A stretch of 64,000 nucleotides of DNA from an uncultured Gammaproteobacteria bacterium (GCA_964566225.1 CAZMHV010000002.1:231489-295488), one strand, 5' to 3'; shown: positions 26,336 to 36,969, numbered from the stretch's first letter. Notes: generated by a model not told the origin, from the sequence alone. Made by a program: numbers and translations.

Positions 26336-28171
26336 TCACTCTCTCACGGTCACACCCTTTATCTTTCCAATCGTATCATTTGGAAGCGACGTATCAAGAT
26401 CACGAAACGTAGCGCTCACATTTTGTTCTGTAAAACTATCTGTTCCACTGACGGCAATATTTTTGAGAACAAGTGGAGTGGTACCCACTTGTGAAGCATC
26501 GGGAGTCAAAGAGAGTTCCAAAAAGAGCGTGGCCACAGAATGTGGGGCCAGGGCAGAGGTGGTCCAACTTACGGTATTACTCGTTGCATCAAATGAAGGT
26601 TCTTTGCCTTGTGAGCTACTGCGCCTTCCAGTCCAGTGAATGTGTGACGGCAGTGTGGCGGTAAAACGAACGTTCTTCACTTCACTCGTGGTATTGCCAA
26701 TGCGAACAATGGCTGCATACTTGGTTTCTTTGCCAACTCGTGGTGGCAGGGGACCACGACCCAATTGGTCACCTTCTAATGTATAGTACCGAATACTGGT
26801 GTCCATGGAGAGTCTGGTAGCAATTTTTATTTTGGGTGTAAATGCAGTGCTCGTAAATGTGCCTTCAATGTTTTGGAGGGTTCCTTGAAGTGTTGGGTGT
26901 ATGTCCCAAAATACATCGGTTCCTTCAAGATTGGTTTTGACGGGAATCTCTACAGGAATATTGAGCGTGGCGCCTGGTGCAATTTCTGTAAGGCCGGCAA
27001 TAAATTTACTTGAAATATGAAAACCAGTTTTATCCAAAGTTCCTCGGTTCAGTGCCTGGAGTTGTTTGCCATCAAGAGTATTTCCTACGGGTAGAGTAAT
27101 AACTGCATTGTTCAAAGCAATGTTGCCATTATTTGTGAGAGTAAAGTTCACTGTCAGATTTTTTCCTGGCACAACATACAACGGTGTGTTTTCAAGTTGT
27201 GCTCCAAATTGAATATGTGGAGTAACAACGTTCCATACATGTTCATTTTTTCTATCGAGCACAAAGGTTTTGTCTGCTATTTGAATATGTGGAGTGATAA
27301 CCAAAGAAGTCGTGGCTGTCTCAAGGGTCTCTGGTTTGAAATCAAAGGTAAGAATTGTAGTACTCCCTGGTTCTAGTACAGCGGGGAGTACCCAGGTTTT
27401 TGCTCCCGAGAGTGGAATGCTTGTGTGTTGAATTTCTCCTTTTGGAAGTGAAAGATCGAACTGTACCTGTGTGAGGGGTTTTGTACCGGTGTTTTTTACT
27501 TGTATGGTAACTTCACTCGTACTTCCACTCACCAAATTTTCACCAGCTTCAATGTTTGTTTGCAAAACTGATCCGCGAGGAATAGTAAAGAGGGGCGTTA
27601 CTTTTTCTTCAAGTATATTTTTGCCATCTTGTCTATATGAGAAGTGTGATGCCACCAAAGCTTTTTCGTCACTGTTACCAAAAAAGTAGCCACCAAGAGT
27701 AATATTTCCACTCGCGCCGGGTGGAAGTGGTGGAAGAGAAAATGTTTTGGTGCGAGTATCAAAAAGTTCGAGTGGTGTGGTGGTATCAAGTACAAAACCT
27801 GGTGGAAGTGTAAACGAAACCGTAGGTTCTGTAAGTTTTTGTTTGCTGTTGTTTTGGTAGGTAAAAGTATACTCAATGTGTTCTCCATTTTTTATTTTGT
27901 CTGCAGAGGCACTGAGTGAAGTGGTAATATGTTTGGTAATGGTTGGATCGTAAAAATGAATGAATGCATACGAACCTATGAGTACGACAATACAAGCAAG
28001 CAGTGCCATGTCAAACAAAAACAACTTTCGCGCATGCGCAAATTGCAGGTGATAATTTTTTTGGTAGTGCACTTCGGCAGCATGAATAGGGGAGAGCAGT
28101 AATGCCAAAAACCACCGGTGTGGGGCATGCAAAAGGTGGTGCTTGGTAAAATGCTCAGTAACAAATTTCAT
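26336..28171 (-). CDS. Membrane-anchored protein with tandem Ig-like (DUF11-like) domains
   Basis: N-terminal TM; IEYTFTYQNNS, VTIQVKNTG, FTLTNNGN; GRGPLPPRVGKETKY. Confidence 0.7.
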   Translation of the reverse strand: MKFVTEHFTKHHLLHAPHRWFLALLLSPIHAAEVHYQKNYHLQFAHARKLFLFDMALLACIVVLIGSYAFIHFYDPTITKHITTSLSASADKIKNGEHIEYTFTYQNNSKQKLTEPTVSFTLPPGFVLDTTTPLELFDTRTKTFSLPPLPPGASGNITLGGYFFGNSDEKALVASHFSYRQDGKNILEEKVTPLFTIPRGSVLQTNIEAGENLVSGSTSEVTIQVKNTGTKPLTQVQFDLSLPKGEIQHTSIPLSGAKTWVLPAVLEPGSTTILTFDFKPETLETATTSLVITPHIQIADKTFVLDRKNEHVWNVVTPHIQFGAQLENTPLYVVPGKNLTVNFTLTNNGNIALNNAVITLPVGNTLDGKQLQALNRGTLDKTGFHISSKFIAGLTEIAPGATLNIPVEIPVKTNLEGTDVFWDIHPTLQGTLQNIEGTFTSTAFTPKIKIATRLSMDTSIRYYTLEGDQLGRGPLPPRVGKETKYAAIVRIGNTTSEVKNVRFTATLPSHIHWTGRRSSSQGKEPSFDATSNTVSWTTSALAPHSVATLFLELSLTPDASQVGTTPLVLKNIAVSGTDSFTEQNVSATFRDLDTSLPNDTIGKIKGVTVRE

Positions 28172-28176
28172 AGCTT

Positions 28177-28509
28177 TTAATATTCCATTTCATCTACTTC
28201 AGTTTGGATTTCATCGTCTTTGTTTATACTTTTGACACTGGGCGAGTAGAGGGTGTTGGTAATTTTCCACTGATCTACATATTGGCCAATGCCGAGGGTA
28301 TTACTTTTGTTGCGAACCGTGGTTTTGCTTTGAGACCATTTGAGGAGGGACTCAAAGTTAATTTTGTATCGACCAGCCACCACCACATAGGTGATTTCAC
28401 GGTCTTTGATGGCTCGGCGGATGGTTTGGGCACTCACACCAAAGAGTCTGGCTGCCTCAGAAATAGACAGGCGGATGATTTCTTTGGTATCGAAGGTTTG
28501 TTCAGGCAT
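28177..28509 (-). CDS. Excisionase-like (HTH_17/MerR-type) DNA-binding protein
   Basis: LSISEAARLFGVSAQTIRRAIK...GRYKINFESL. Confidence 0.8.
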   Translation of the reverse strand: MPEQTFDTKEIIRLSISEAARLFGVSAQTIRRAIKDREITYVVVAGRYKINFESLLKWSQSKTTVRNKSNTLGIGQYVDQWKITNTLYSPSVKSINKDDEIQTEVDEMEY

Positions 28510-28603
28510 ATGTATATTTGTTTAGGATTGTGTATACAAAGTATAGCATTTTTGATATTTTCAAGCAAAAATGTCAAAAATTTGCCTAAAATAGGCCAAG
28601 ACC

Positions 28604-28632
28604 TTGCTTTTTTGGGCAATTTCTGGTATACT
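28604..28632 (+). promoter_or_regulatory. sigma70-type promoter upstream of ECF sigma gene
   Basis: TTGCTT-17 nt ending TGG-TATACT. Confidence 0.55.
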
Positions 28633-28700
28633 GAGCCTGCCCCTTTTACAGGGTTCTATTTTATTTAGATTTGATAAAAAATAGTTAAAGTAGATAAAAG

Positions 28701-28727
28701 TGTAACATTTTCGTGATTTTTGCGTCT
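28701..28727 (+). promoter_or_regulatory. ECF-type (likely autoregulatory) promoter
   Basis: TGTAAC-16 nt-CGTCT ending 5 nt before the sigma ATG. Confidence 0.6.
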
Positions 28728-28732
28728 TCTAT

Positions 28733-29320
28733 ATGCAGCCCCTCAAAGAGAAGATCCTTCTCTACAATATTATTACCAAACGAGATACAGAAAGTTACGG
28801 GCAGCTGTATGATCTTTATATTGAAAGAATTTATCGTTTTGTCTATTTTAAGGTACAAACCAAAGAAGACGCCGAAGATGTGACCAGTGAAGTCTTTCTC
28901 AAGGCTTGGCAGTATATTATTGAAAAATCACCGACTGCTATTGAAAGTGTGAGTGGACTCTTGTTCTCTATTGCTCGAAATTCTATTATTGATTGGTATA
29001 GACAAAAAGCCAAAAAACCAGTGGTATCACTTGAAGTCATTACAGAAATGGCATCAGAAAAAAATGAGCAAGAAGCCTTGGCTTCGCTCCAAGAGGTAGA
29101 ACAAATGCTTGAACTCATGAAAAAGTTAAAGCAAGACTACCAAGAAGTCTTAATTCTCAAATATATTGAAGGACTTAAAATGTCTGAAATTGCCAAAGTG
29201 CTTGGCAAAAGTGGAGTGAGTGTTCGTGTGCTCTTGCATCGCGCGACCAAAAAACTCAAAGATCTGAGCGAAATACAAGAAACTTCACGTCTTGAAAAAC
29301 AGAAAGCACATAAATCATAA
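28733..29320 (+). CDS. ECF RNA polymerase sigma factor
   Basis: IYRFVY, DAEDVTSEVFLKAW, IARNSIIDWYR, region 4 SEIAKVLGKS..SVRVLLHRA. Confidence 0.93.
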   Translation: MQPLKEKILLYNIITKRDTESYGQLYDLYIERIYRFVYFKVQTKEDAEDVTSEVFLKAWQYIIEKSPTAIESVSGLLFSIARNSIIDWYRQKAKKPVVSLEVITEMASEKNEQEALASLQEVEQMLELMKKLKQDYQEVLILKYIEGLKMSEIAKVLGKSGVSVRVLLHRATKKLKDLSEIQETSRLEKQKAHKS

Positions 29321-29322
29321 GT

Positions 29323-30564
29323 ATGTCACAAGAATTTAAGAAACAATTTGATGCACTCAGTAAAATGAGTCACTATATCCGTCCTGACCAGGAATGGATT
29401 GCTTCCAATAAACAAAAATTGTTTCAACAAATTCAAAATAGTACAGCATTTGAAAAAAAACAAACCAACCTTTTGGAATTTGCTCAGTACTGGATGCCTC
29501 GTCAAAAAGTATTACTTCCTTTGCGTTTTGCACTTATTTTGTTTATTATTGTAGGCATGACTGCAGGTTCTTGGATTGCTGGAGTGAGTGCTTCAAGTGA
29601 TAGTTTACCTGGTGAAGTTTTGTATAAAGTAAAATTGGCGGCAGAAAATACCCAGCTCGCAGTAACTTCTGCACTTTCAAATTCAGGAGAAAAAGCCTCC
29701 AAAAAAGCAAATTTGCAAATGCAATTTGCGCAGCGTCGTTCAAGTGAAGTAAAACAACTGATTGCCCAAAACACCCCAGAGGCAAACATTCATGTTCCGG
29801 AGACTATTCAAAAATTGAAAGACACCTTGAAAGAAGCACAAGACACTGTACAACAAGCCAAAAAAGAAGATTCTACTCATGTTATTACTTTGGCAAAAAC
29901 AGTGAGTGAAAGAACTTCACTTATTGCTCTGGATTTAAAACAAGTGACTGGGCAAACAGCTCCACTTGATGTGAGTATTGTGAAAGAGGCGGTCGAAGCT
30001 ACAAAACTTGTAAATGATACAGGTCTCAAAGCTATTGAAGCCGTACTTGATGATAAAAAAGTAGTAGAAACTTCAAGTGTTCAAGAAATTAAAAATTTGG
30101 TTCAAGAAAAAGTAAATATCTTGGTACAAAATATCCAAGATAATAAAAATGCGGTTGAAGAAGTAAAACAACTTTCGGCTATTCCGACTTCATCTACCGT
30201 GGAATCTTTGGCCTCTATGAGTACGAGCTCTGCCCTCTTGGCCTTGCCTCTTACTACAACTTCAACTTTGACTACGACTTCAACCGTGACTATTACTACC
30301 AAAGAAGATGTCAAAAAAGTAGGTGAAGATATCAAGAAAGCAGATCAGGTAGTCGGTGAAGTACAACAGCTTTTGCAAGGAAATCAAGTAAAAGAAGCTT
30401 TGCAAAAAGCCAAAACACTCAACGACTTAACGGTTGAAACACAACAAAATATTGCCGATACCAAAAGTAAAGTAACTACTTCTCTCCTTCCTCTTGTAAC
30501 ACCAACGGTGGCAACACCTGATGTAAAAACAGAGGTAAAAGAAGAAGTAAAAACAGAGAAATAA
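29323..30564 (+). CDS. Putative anti-sigma, DUF5667-like single-pass coiled-coil protein
   Basis: Directly behind sigma gene; TM followed by SLPGEVLYKVKLAAE and QFAQRRSSEV. Confidence 0.7.
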   Translation: MSQEFKKQFDALSKMSHYIRPDQEWIASNKQKLFQQIQNSTAFEKKQTNLLEFAQYWMPRQKVLLPLRFALILFIIVGMTAGSWIAGVSASSDSLPGEVLYKVKLAAENTQLAVTSALSNSGEKASKKANLQMQFAQRRSSEVKQLIAQNTPEANIHVPETIQKLKDTLKEAQDTVQQAKKEDSTHVITLAKTVSERTSLIALDLKQVTGQTAPLDVSIVKEAVEATKLVNDTGLKAIEAVLDDKKVVETSSVQEIKNLVQEKVNILVQNIQDNKNAVEEVKQLSAIPTSSTVESLASMSTSSALLALPLTTTSTLTTTSTVTITTKEDVKKVGEDIKKADQVVGEVQQLLQGNQVKEALQKAKTLNDLTVETQQNIADTKSKVTTSLLPLVTPTVATPDVKTEVKEEVKTEK

Positions 30565-30577
30565 TTCTTCCTCACTT

Positions 30578-30762
30578 TGCTGTACGGCGCACTCTCTTCA
30601 ATATGTTGAACAGAGTGCGCCATACAGCAATGGCTAATCTCCTTTTAATAACAAGGGGATGGGGAGCACGAGGCCCTCAAAGGTCGAGGTTGCGCAAGCA
30701 GCTGCCAAGTGCAAAGCCCGCGAAAGCGGGAGCCCGTAAGGGCTTAATACTGTCTTCTCTAT
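30578..30762 (+). ncRNA. Structured RNA region upstream of S-layer-like gene
   Basis: Long hairpin 30578-30631, then stems capped by GCAA, GAAA and GTAA tetraloops (30688-30744). Confidence 0.55.
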
Positions 30763-30816
30763 TGACATTTTTCACTTAAGAAAAATTGCGCTGTAGAAAG
30801 ACTCTTACTATTTATT

Positions 30817-33800
30817 ATGACCGACGTATTACGTTTTAGTAAAAAAGCGTTTACTTGGACCGTTGTTGCTTTGACAATCCTTTGGAGTGTTGGAGCATCT
30901 GCTCTTGTTGCTAACGCAGCAGTAGTAGTACCTTCTGCAACATGTTCTTCACTGGAACGTGGTGATCTTTTCAAGATCATGAACGCCCCAGCGACTTACC
31001 TCGTTGTTGAAGTAAATGGAGCTCTTAAACGTTTACCATTTTTTCACAAAAGTCACTTTGACACTCTCTACCAAGATTTTAGTAGTGTAGTAAACTGTGA
31101 TTCAAGTGCAGCGAATTTATATCCTGCTGTTGACTCACTTCCTATCACTGTTAACTTCCGTTCAGGAGAACTCTGGAAAGTACAAGAAGAAGCTGCTGTA
31201 TACATGGTACAAGGCCGTGCTGCAGGAGACCTCGACCCACGCTCTCCAGTATGTCAACTTGCTAGTGAACAACAAGCAAAAGATTGGGGATTCAACTTGA
31301 AAAAAGATGTAGTTGATGTTCCAACTTACCTCAAAGGTAACTTCCGCAACACTGGAATGTGTTCAATGCCAAATGGCTTGCTCGTTTCAAACCCAGGAAG
31401 TAATGATGTTTACTATGTAAGTGAAGGACAACTTGTAAAAGTTGATGGTTCACTTCCAGCATTTCTTGCAAAAGAAGTACATGCTGTTGCTACTGGTCTT
31501 CCAGTTGCAAGTGGTACTGTTACCCCAGCAACCATTGTTGAAAAATCTCTTCCTCTTGCAGGAGCTACTTCTGTAACTCCTCCATCAGCAGCAGGAAGTC
31601 TCTCAGTAAGTTTGGCTGCAGATACACCAGCAGCTGCGAGTGTTGTAACTGACAACACTGGAAACACTGGCGCTCAAGCTATGATTCCAGTATTGAAAGT
31701 AAACCTCATGGCAAATGGTGGCGCTGTGAAAGTAACTTCTTTGAAGTTCCTCCGCGGTGGTATCTCTGCTGACACTGAAATCAACAACGCTCATCTCTAC
31801 GTAGATGGCAACTGGGTTGCAAGTAACCCAAGTATTTCTAGTGGTGTTTTGACATTCTCAAACGCTTCTGGACTTTTCACTGCTACTGGATCACATTCAG
31901 CAGTATTGAAAATGGATCTTAAAAACAACTCAAGTGGTGGAAAATCTCTCAACTTCGCTTTGACTGATGTTGGAGTAGCTGGCGGCGCTGTTGCTGGTCT
32001 TCCTCTTGCAGCTGGTCAAACCTTTACAACTGTTGCTGTAGACGATATTGGTAAATTGGCTTTTAGTTCAATTTCACCTTCTGCTGCTGCTACTGTTGAT
32101 CCAGGTCTTGTTGGATATGAAGTTTGGAGATTCCAAGCTGTATCCAGTGATCAAGATATGCAATTCCGCAGACTTGCTCTTACTGTTGTTGGTTCTGTGA
32201 ACCCAGGCGACCTTAAGAACTTCAGTCTTTGGAACGGCGCAACTCAAATCGGCGCAACTGTTGCTGAAATGAGTTCAGACAAACGCGTTGTGTTTGATCT
32301 TTCTGCTGCACCATTTGTTGTATCAAAAGGACAAACAAAAATCTTCAGTGTAAAAGCTGATGTAGTGAGTGGAACCAACCGTACTTTCCGCGTTTCTGTT
32401 CAAAACGATCGCGATCTTGAAGTGTACGACACTCAATACAAAGTTTGGGTAAAACCAAACGGAACTGACAGTTTTAGTATCGTTGAACCAAATTCATCAG
32501 GTACTGCTGTTAACTACACCATCAACACTGGATCTTTGACCCAGACTGTTGCAACTACCACCCCAACTGGAAACATCGCTGACGGAGCTACTAACGTAAC
32601 TCTTGCAGACTTCCTCTGGAGTGCAAATGGTGAAGATGTTAAAGTAACAAGTCTCGTTGCTTCTACAACTGGAAGTGACCAAACTGACATCTTGGCAAAC
32701 ATGCGTTTGCTCGTGAACGGATCACAAGTTGGTACTACTGATGCTTCAGTAACTGCTAACGGTGGTTCAAGTGCTGCAGGTCAAGCTGACTTCGGCAGTT
32801 TTGGAAGTAGCTTTATCATCAAAGCTGGAACTTCTGTTCATGTTAAAGTAGTTGCTGATCTTACAGATTCTTCTGTTGCTTCAGGAGCAACCTTCTTGGT
32901 TGGTCTTGCTGCTGGATCAAGTAACGCACAAGGCGTAACTTCTCTCACTTCAATTAGTAGTGTTCGCCAAGCTGCAAGTACACTCACTGTTCAAGCAGGA
33001 ACTGTAACTGTAGTAAAGAACGCTTCATTTGGTGACCGCAGTTCTGGTAACCCAACTGGACCAGTAAATGCAAGTCAAGTGAAAGTAGCTTCATTCACCA
33101 TTGTTGGTGGAGCTGGAGAAGACGTTGAAGTTTCACAGGTTACTCTTCAGGAAGACAACACCGGTACTTGTATCGGAACTTACTTCCAGAATTTAACATT
33201 GATGAATGCATCTGGAGCACAAATTGCTACCACCTATGCAAACCCATCAACTTCATGTACTAGTAAAAATTCATACACCTTCAACATCTCACCAGCCGTG
33301 ACTGTTGCTTCAGGTGGTCAATATGTTGTTGATGTATATGCTGACCTCAAAGCAGGTTACACTGCAGCTGCTTCAATTTTTGAAGTAGAAGCTGTGACTG
33401 CGAGTGGTAAAAATACTGGTACTTCTGCTTCTACTCCAGCAGGTCAAAACCTTTCACTCCAGAACCAATACATCTCAAGTGTTGGAACCGTTACTGTAGC
33501 GGTTGACGCAGATACTGCTCTTGCAACGAACTTGCTCATGGGTGCTGTTGATCAATCTCTTGGTAAATTCAAACTTACTGCAAGTAACGCAGAACCTCTT
33601 AACTTCACTGAACTCGTAGTGAGTGTGAACGTAAGTTCTGCAGCTACTGGTACCCTCCGCAACGTTAAACTCGTTGACGAAGCTGGTAACCAAATTGGTA
33701 GTACTATTGCAAGTTTGAGTAGTGGTACAACCTCAACTTATGCGAACGCTAAGTTCTCTGGTTTGTCACTCGTTGTTCCAAAAGGTTCAACTCGTATTGT

Positions 33801-34641
33801 AAACGTAAAAGCTGACATCACTCCTTACGAAGCAGGTGGATTCTCAACAACTGGTCAAGCTGTTCAAGCGGCAATCTTGTCAATGGACACTGACTCAGGA
33901 GTTTCAGGAACACAACTTGCTCTCACTGGTACTGGTGCTCTTTCAGGAACTGCTCTCAGTTCAAGTGAAATGACATTTACTGCTAACGAAGGAACTGCTC
34001 CTCTCACAACTGTAAGTAATGGTTCTACTACTCAGCTCCGTGCAAACAATGCACATGTTCGTGCAAACGAATTTGTTCTCTACCGTACTAAGCTTACTGT
34101 AGCTTGGGCTGGAGATGCACCTTCTGGTGTTGCAGGTCCTGCAGCGGCTCAAACCATTGCTAAATTTGTTGTAAGTAACCAAGCAAATGTTGGTAACTAC
34201 TCATCGACTGTAAGTTATGTTAACTTTAGTCTTTCTGGAACTATCTCCAACACTACTCCAAGTGCTACTCGCGCATTGAATGTCTACAAAGACTCACTCG
34301 CGACTACAGCTCTTTGGACTACAACATTTAACTATGGTGTTAGTACACAGAACTCATTTGATAACACTGGAAACGATGATACCAACTCAGCATTCGCATT
34401 TACTGACGTTGAAGTATCTTCTGGTGCTACCAAGACATTCTACGTAACCCTCGATACTACTGATGCGGCTAGTACAAAGACTCTCTCTGTAACTATCCCA
34501 AGTAATCATGCTGGTAAATATGCACAAGGCCGCAACTCTGCTGGTACTGTATATGGTCTCGTATGGACTGATGGTGTTACCTCTGGTATCGCTGCTCATG
34601 ACAATGTATTGCCTCTTGGCTACAAGACCTTTACCTACTAA
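30817..34641 (+). CDS. Large S-layer-like surface protein (1274 aa)
   Basis: Signal sequence, GDLFK...TYLV...KRLPF N-terminal module, Ser/Thr/Ala/Val-rich beta repeats, high-expression codon bias (GCT, ACT, AAC, TTC). Confidence 0.75.
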   Translation: MTDVLRFSKKAFTWTVVALTILWSVGASALVANAAVVVPSATCSSLERGDLFKIMNAPATYLVVEVNGALKRLPFFHKSHFDTLYQDFSSVVNCDSSAANLYPAVDSLPITVNFRSGELWKVQEEAAVYMVQGRAAGDLDPRSPVCQLASEQQAKDWGFNLKKDVVDVPTYLKGNFRNTGMCSMPNGLLVSNPGSNDVYYVSEGQLVKVDGSLPAFLAKEVHAVATGLPVASGTVTPATIVEKSLPLAGATSVTPPSAAGSLSVSLAADTPAAASVVTDNTGNTGAQAMIPVLKVNLMANGGAVKVTSLKFLRGGISADTEINNAHLYVDGNWVASNPSISSGVLTFSNASGLFTATGSHSAVLKMDLKNNSSGGKSLNFALTDVGVAGGAVAGLPLAAGQTFTTVAVDDIGKLAFSSISPSAAATVDPGLVGYEVWRFQAVSSDQDMQFRRLALTVVGSVNPGDLKNFSLWNGATQIGATVAEMSSDKRVVFDLSAAPFVVSKGQTKIFSVKADVVSGTNRTFRVSVQNDRDLEVYDTQYKVWVKPNGTDSFSIVEPNSSGTAVNYTINTGSLTQTVATTTPTGNIADGATNVTLADFLWSANGEDVKVTSLVASTTGSDQTDILANMRLLVNGSQVGTTDASVTANGGSSAAGQADFGSFGSSFIIKAGTSVHVKVVADLTDSSVASGATFLVGLAAGSSNAQGVTSLTSISSVRQAASTLTVQAGTVTVVKNASFGDRSSGNPTGPVNASQVKVASFTIVGGAGEDVEVSQVTLQEDNTGTCIGTYFQNLTLMNASGAQIATTYANPSTSCTSKNSYTFNISPAVTVASGGQYVVDVYADLKAGYTAAASIFEVEAVTASGKNTGTSASTPAGQNLSLQNQYISSVGTVTVAVDADTALATNLLMGAVDQSLGKFKLTASNAEPLNFTELVVSVNVSSAATGTLRNVKLVDEAGNQIGSTIASLSSGTTSTYANAKFSGLSLVVPKGSTRIVNVKADITPYEAGGFSTTGQAVQAAILSMDTDSGVSGTQLALTGTGALSGTALSSSEMTFTANEGTAPLTTVSNGSTTQLRANNAHVRANEFVLYRTKLTVAWAGDAPSGVAGPAAAQTIAKFVVSNQANVGNYSSTVSYVNFSLSGTISNTTPSATRALNVYKDSLATTALWTTTFNYGVSTQNSFDNTGNDDTNSAFAFTDVEVSSGATKTFYVTLDTTDAASTKTLSVTIPSNHAGKYAQGRNSAGTVYGLVWTDGVTSGIAAHDNVLPLGYKTFTY

Positions 34642-34675
34642 TATTTAGTAGTCTAACGGTTGTCATTGTCTTGAC

Positions 34676-34717
34676 AAAAACATTCCCCCCGCGGTTTCGC
34701 GGGGGGTTGTTTTTTTT
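34676..34717 (+). terminator. Strong intrinsic terminator
   Basis: CCCCCCGCG-GTTT-CGCGGGGGG followed by long T tract. Confidence 0.9.
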
Positions 34718-34770
34718 AAAAGGTATGTTACAATAGCCAGGTCATCCCACTGTCTGGGATATTTTCTTCT

Positions 34771-36969
34771 ATGCAAAAATTCTCTAAAATAACACTCTTT
34801 TTTTCATTTTTTTGTTTGGCTTTGCCTCTGCTGTTTACACCTGCCACCATGTTTCCGTGGTTGTTTGGTAAAACCATTGTTTTTCAAATGGTTCTTGAAA
34901 TTTTGACTCTTTGTTTTTTTCTGTTGGCCCTAAAAGAAAAAAATTTTACGATCAAAAAGTTGTCTTTGCTTGACGCAATAGTCTACTTGTTTTTGGCAGT
35001 CATGACTCTAACCGCACTGCTGGGAATTGATGTTGGGCAAAGTTTTTGGCCAACTCAAATGCGAAGTTTGGGAGTTTTTACGTGGCTTCATTTTGGTGTG
35101 TGGTATTTTTTCTTAACACAGTGTATTGAAACAGAAAGTCACTGGAAAAAGTTGTTGTCTTGGAGTGTGCAGGTGGCGGTGGTAGTTGGGCTTAGTGGTG
35201 TATTTCAGAGTTTTCTCCCGACTGTGTGGAGAGGGGATGCTGGTGGAGAAAGATTTTCTGGAATTTTGGGTAATCCGGCTTTTTTTGCCGCCTATATTTT
35301 GATTCATGCGGGCATAGCATTTTTTTTGAGTACAAAATTTTTGGGGAAATGGAAAATATTGTTTATAACTGAGGGAGTGTTTTTTAGTATTTGTGTCTTG
35401 CTCAGTGGTATTCGTGGAGCAGCACTGGGTTTGGCTATGGGTGTTTTGGTTTTTTTGGGTACAAGATTTTTTCAAAAATCTGTTGGAAAAAAAACAAAAA
35501 TCATCAAAGCCGGAATTGTATGTTTGATTGGTCTTTTGTCAATAAGTTTTGTTGTTATCAAAAATAGTCCACTCAAAAGTGAACTGCCTGGTCCTTTGGC
35601 CCGTTTGTTTGACTACTCATTGTCGAGTGGCACGGGGGCTACTCGTATTATGGCATGGAATATTGCGCTCAAGGGGTTTGTGCAAAAGCCACTTTTGGGT
35701 TGGGGATGGGGAAATTTTGAAAGAGTGTTTAATGCCAACTATAATCCTCAATTTTTGCAGTATGGTTTTCAAGAAACCGTGTGGGATAAACCACACAATA
35801 GTGTCCTTGAAATGATGGTCTCCATGGGACTCTTTGGATTTTTGTACGTACTGGTGTTTGTGGTGAGTTTGTTTGCCTTGTGGAAGCACTCTCGAGAAAA
35901 GTCTTCGGATACTTTGGGAGATTCCCTGCTCGCTGCGACATTGCTTGCTTATTTGGGACAGGCACTCTTTTTGTTTGAAACTACAAATGTTTTGTTTCCT
36001 TTGTTTTTGGTGCTAGCTTTTATTTCTGTTGAGTCTCGTCTCAAAAAAGAACAAAATTTCAAAAAATTCTCTGTGCCGGTGGGAGTGTTATTTGTTGGGG
36101 GAGTCTTATGTGTATATCTGATGACTTTCAATGTACAATTTTTGACCACATCACATGTTGTGAAAACTGTGTTTGATGGGCATACGCCACAAAATTTTAG
36201 CTCTGCGGTAGAAAAATCTTTGCACGGAAATAAACATGTGCGTACCGAGAGTGGCATTCTCATTGCTGATCAATTTACCAAACTTGAAAAATCTGGATCT
36301 CTGCAAAAAGAAAATGTTGCCTTGTGGCGTGAGAGTGCTTTGTTGACTGCCGAGACTTTGGAAAAAAGTTTTGAAGATTCTCATCGTCAAAATAGTATTG
36401 CGGCAACCTGGAGTGCTCAAGTGTATATGATTTTGGGACAATTCGAAGATGAAAAGTATTATGATAGGGCAATTGGATTGCTTGAGGCAGCACATGGGAT
36501 TGCCCCTCAAAAACAAGAAATTTTGTTTTTGTTAAATAGAGTGAACTTGCTCAAAAAAGATTTTGTCAAAGCGGCATCGTGGGGACAGCAGGCAGTGGAG
36601 GTGAACCCCAATATTGCTATCAGTTACTGGTTTTTGGGATTAGCCAAAATTGCGGGGGGTGATGTTGCTGCTGGACTGGTTTCCCTGGATGCTGCTTTTG
36701 CTCGTGGGTATTATCCTACGGTGAATGAAAGACTGTATATTATTGATTTGTATACTGATCAAAAGCAATATGATAAAATCGTAGAGCAGTATAAAATATT
36801 GGTTGCGGCTGACGAGACCAATGTAAACTGGTATATTAAATTGGCTACGGCCTATGCTTTGGCTGGTGATAAAAAAAATGCCCTGGAGACGGTGAATCAA
36901 GCAAAGGCTCTGTATCCACCCGTTGCGGCTGATGCTGATGCATTTATTCAACAATATCATTTACAATAA
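34771..36969 (+). CDS. O-antigen-ligase-family (Wzy_C) oligosaccharyltransferase with C-terminal TPRs
   Basis: GILGNPAFFA, SGIRGA, TRIMAW..A...F..KPLLGWG, DKPHNSVLE; TPR-like helices. Confidence 0.85.
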   Translation: MQKFSKITLFFSFFCLALPLLFTPATMFPWLFGKTIVFQMVLEILTLCFFLLALKEKNFTIKKLSLLDAIVYLFLAVMTLTALLGIDVGQSFWPTQMRSLGVFTWLHFGVWYFFLTQCIETESHWKKLLSWSVQVAVVVGLSGVFQSFLPTVWRGDAGGERFSGILGNPAFFAAYILIHAGIAFFLSTKFLGKWKILFITEGVFFSICVLLSGIRGAALGLAMGVLVFLGTRFFQKSVGKKTKIIKAGIVCLIGLLSISFVVIKNSPLKSELPGPLARLFDYSLSSGTGATRIMAWNIALKGFVQKPLLGWGWGNFERVFNANYNPQFLQYGFQETVWDKPHNSVLEMMVSMGLFGFLYVLVFVVSLFALWKHSREKSSDTLGDSLLAATLLAYLGQALFLFETTNVLFPLFLVLAFISVESRLKKEQNFKKFSVPVGVLFVGGVLCVYLMTFNVQFLTTSHVVKTVFDGHTPQNFSSAVEKSLHGNKHVRTESGILIADQFTKLEKSGSLQKENVALWRESALLTAETLEKSFEDSHRQNSIAATWSAQVYMILGQFEDEKYYDRAIGLLEAAHGIAPQKQEILFLLNRVNLLKKDFVKAASWGQQAVEVNPNIAISYWFLGLAKIAGGDVAAGLVSLDAAFARGYYPTVNERLYIIDLYTDQKQYDKIVEQYKILVAADETNVNWYIKLATAYALAGDKKNALETVNQAKALYPPVAADADAFIQQYHLQ

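Noticed and set aside
28177-28509. Excisionase indicating a mobile element
   Set aside because: No integrase or att sites, and it is closely coupled to a native membrane-protein gene. More likely a regulator.
30762-30790. TTGACA as promoter of the S-layer-like gene
   Set aside because: No acceptable -10 element at 16-18 nt spacing.
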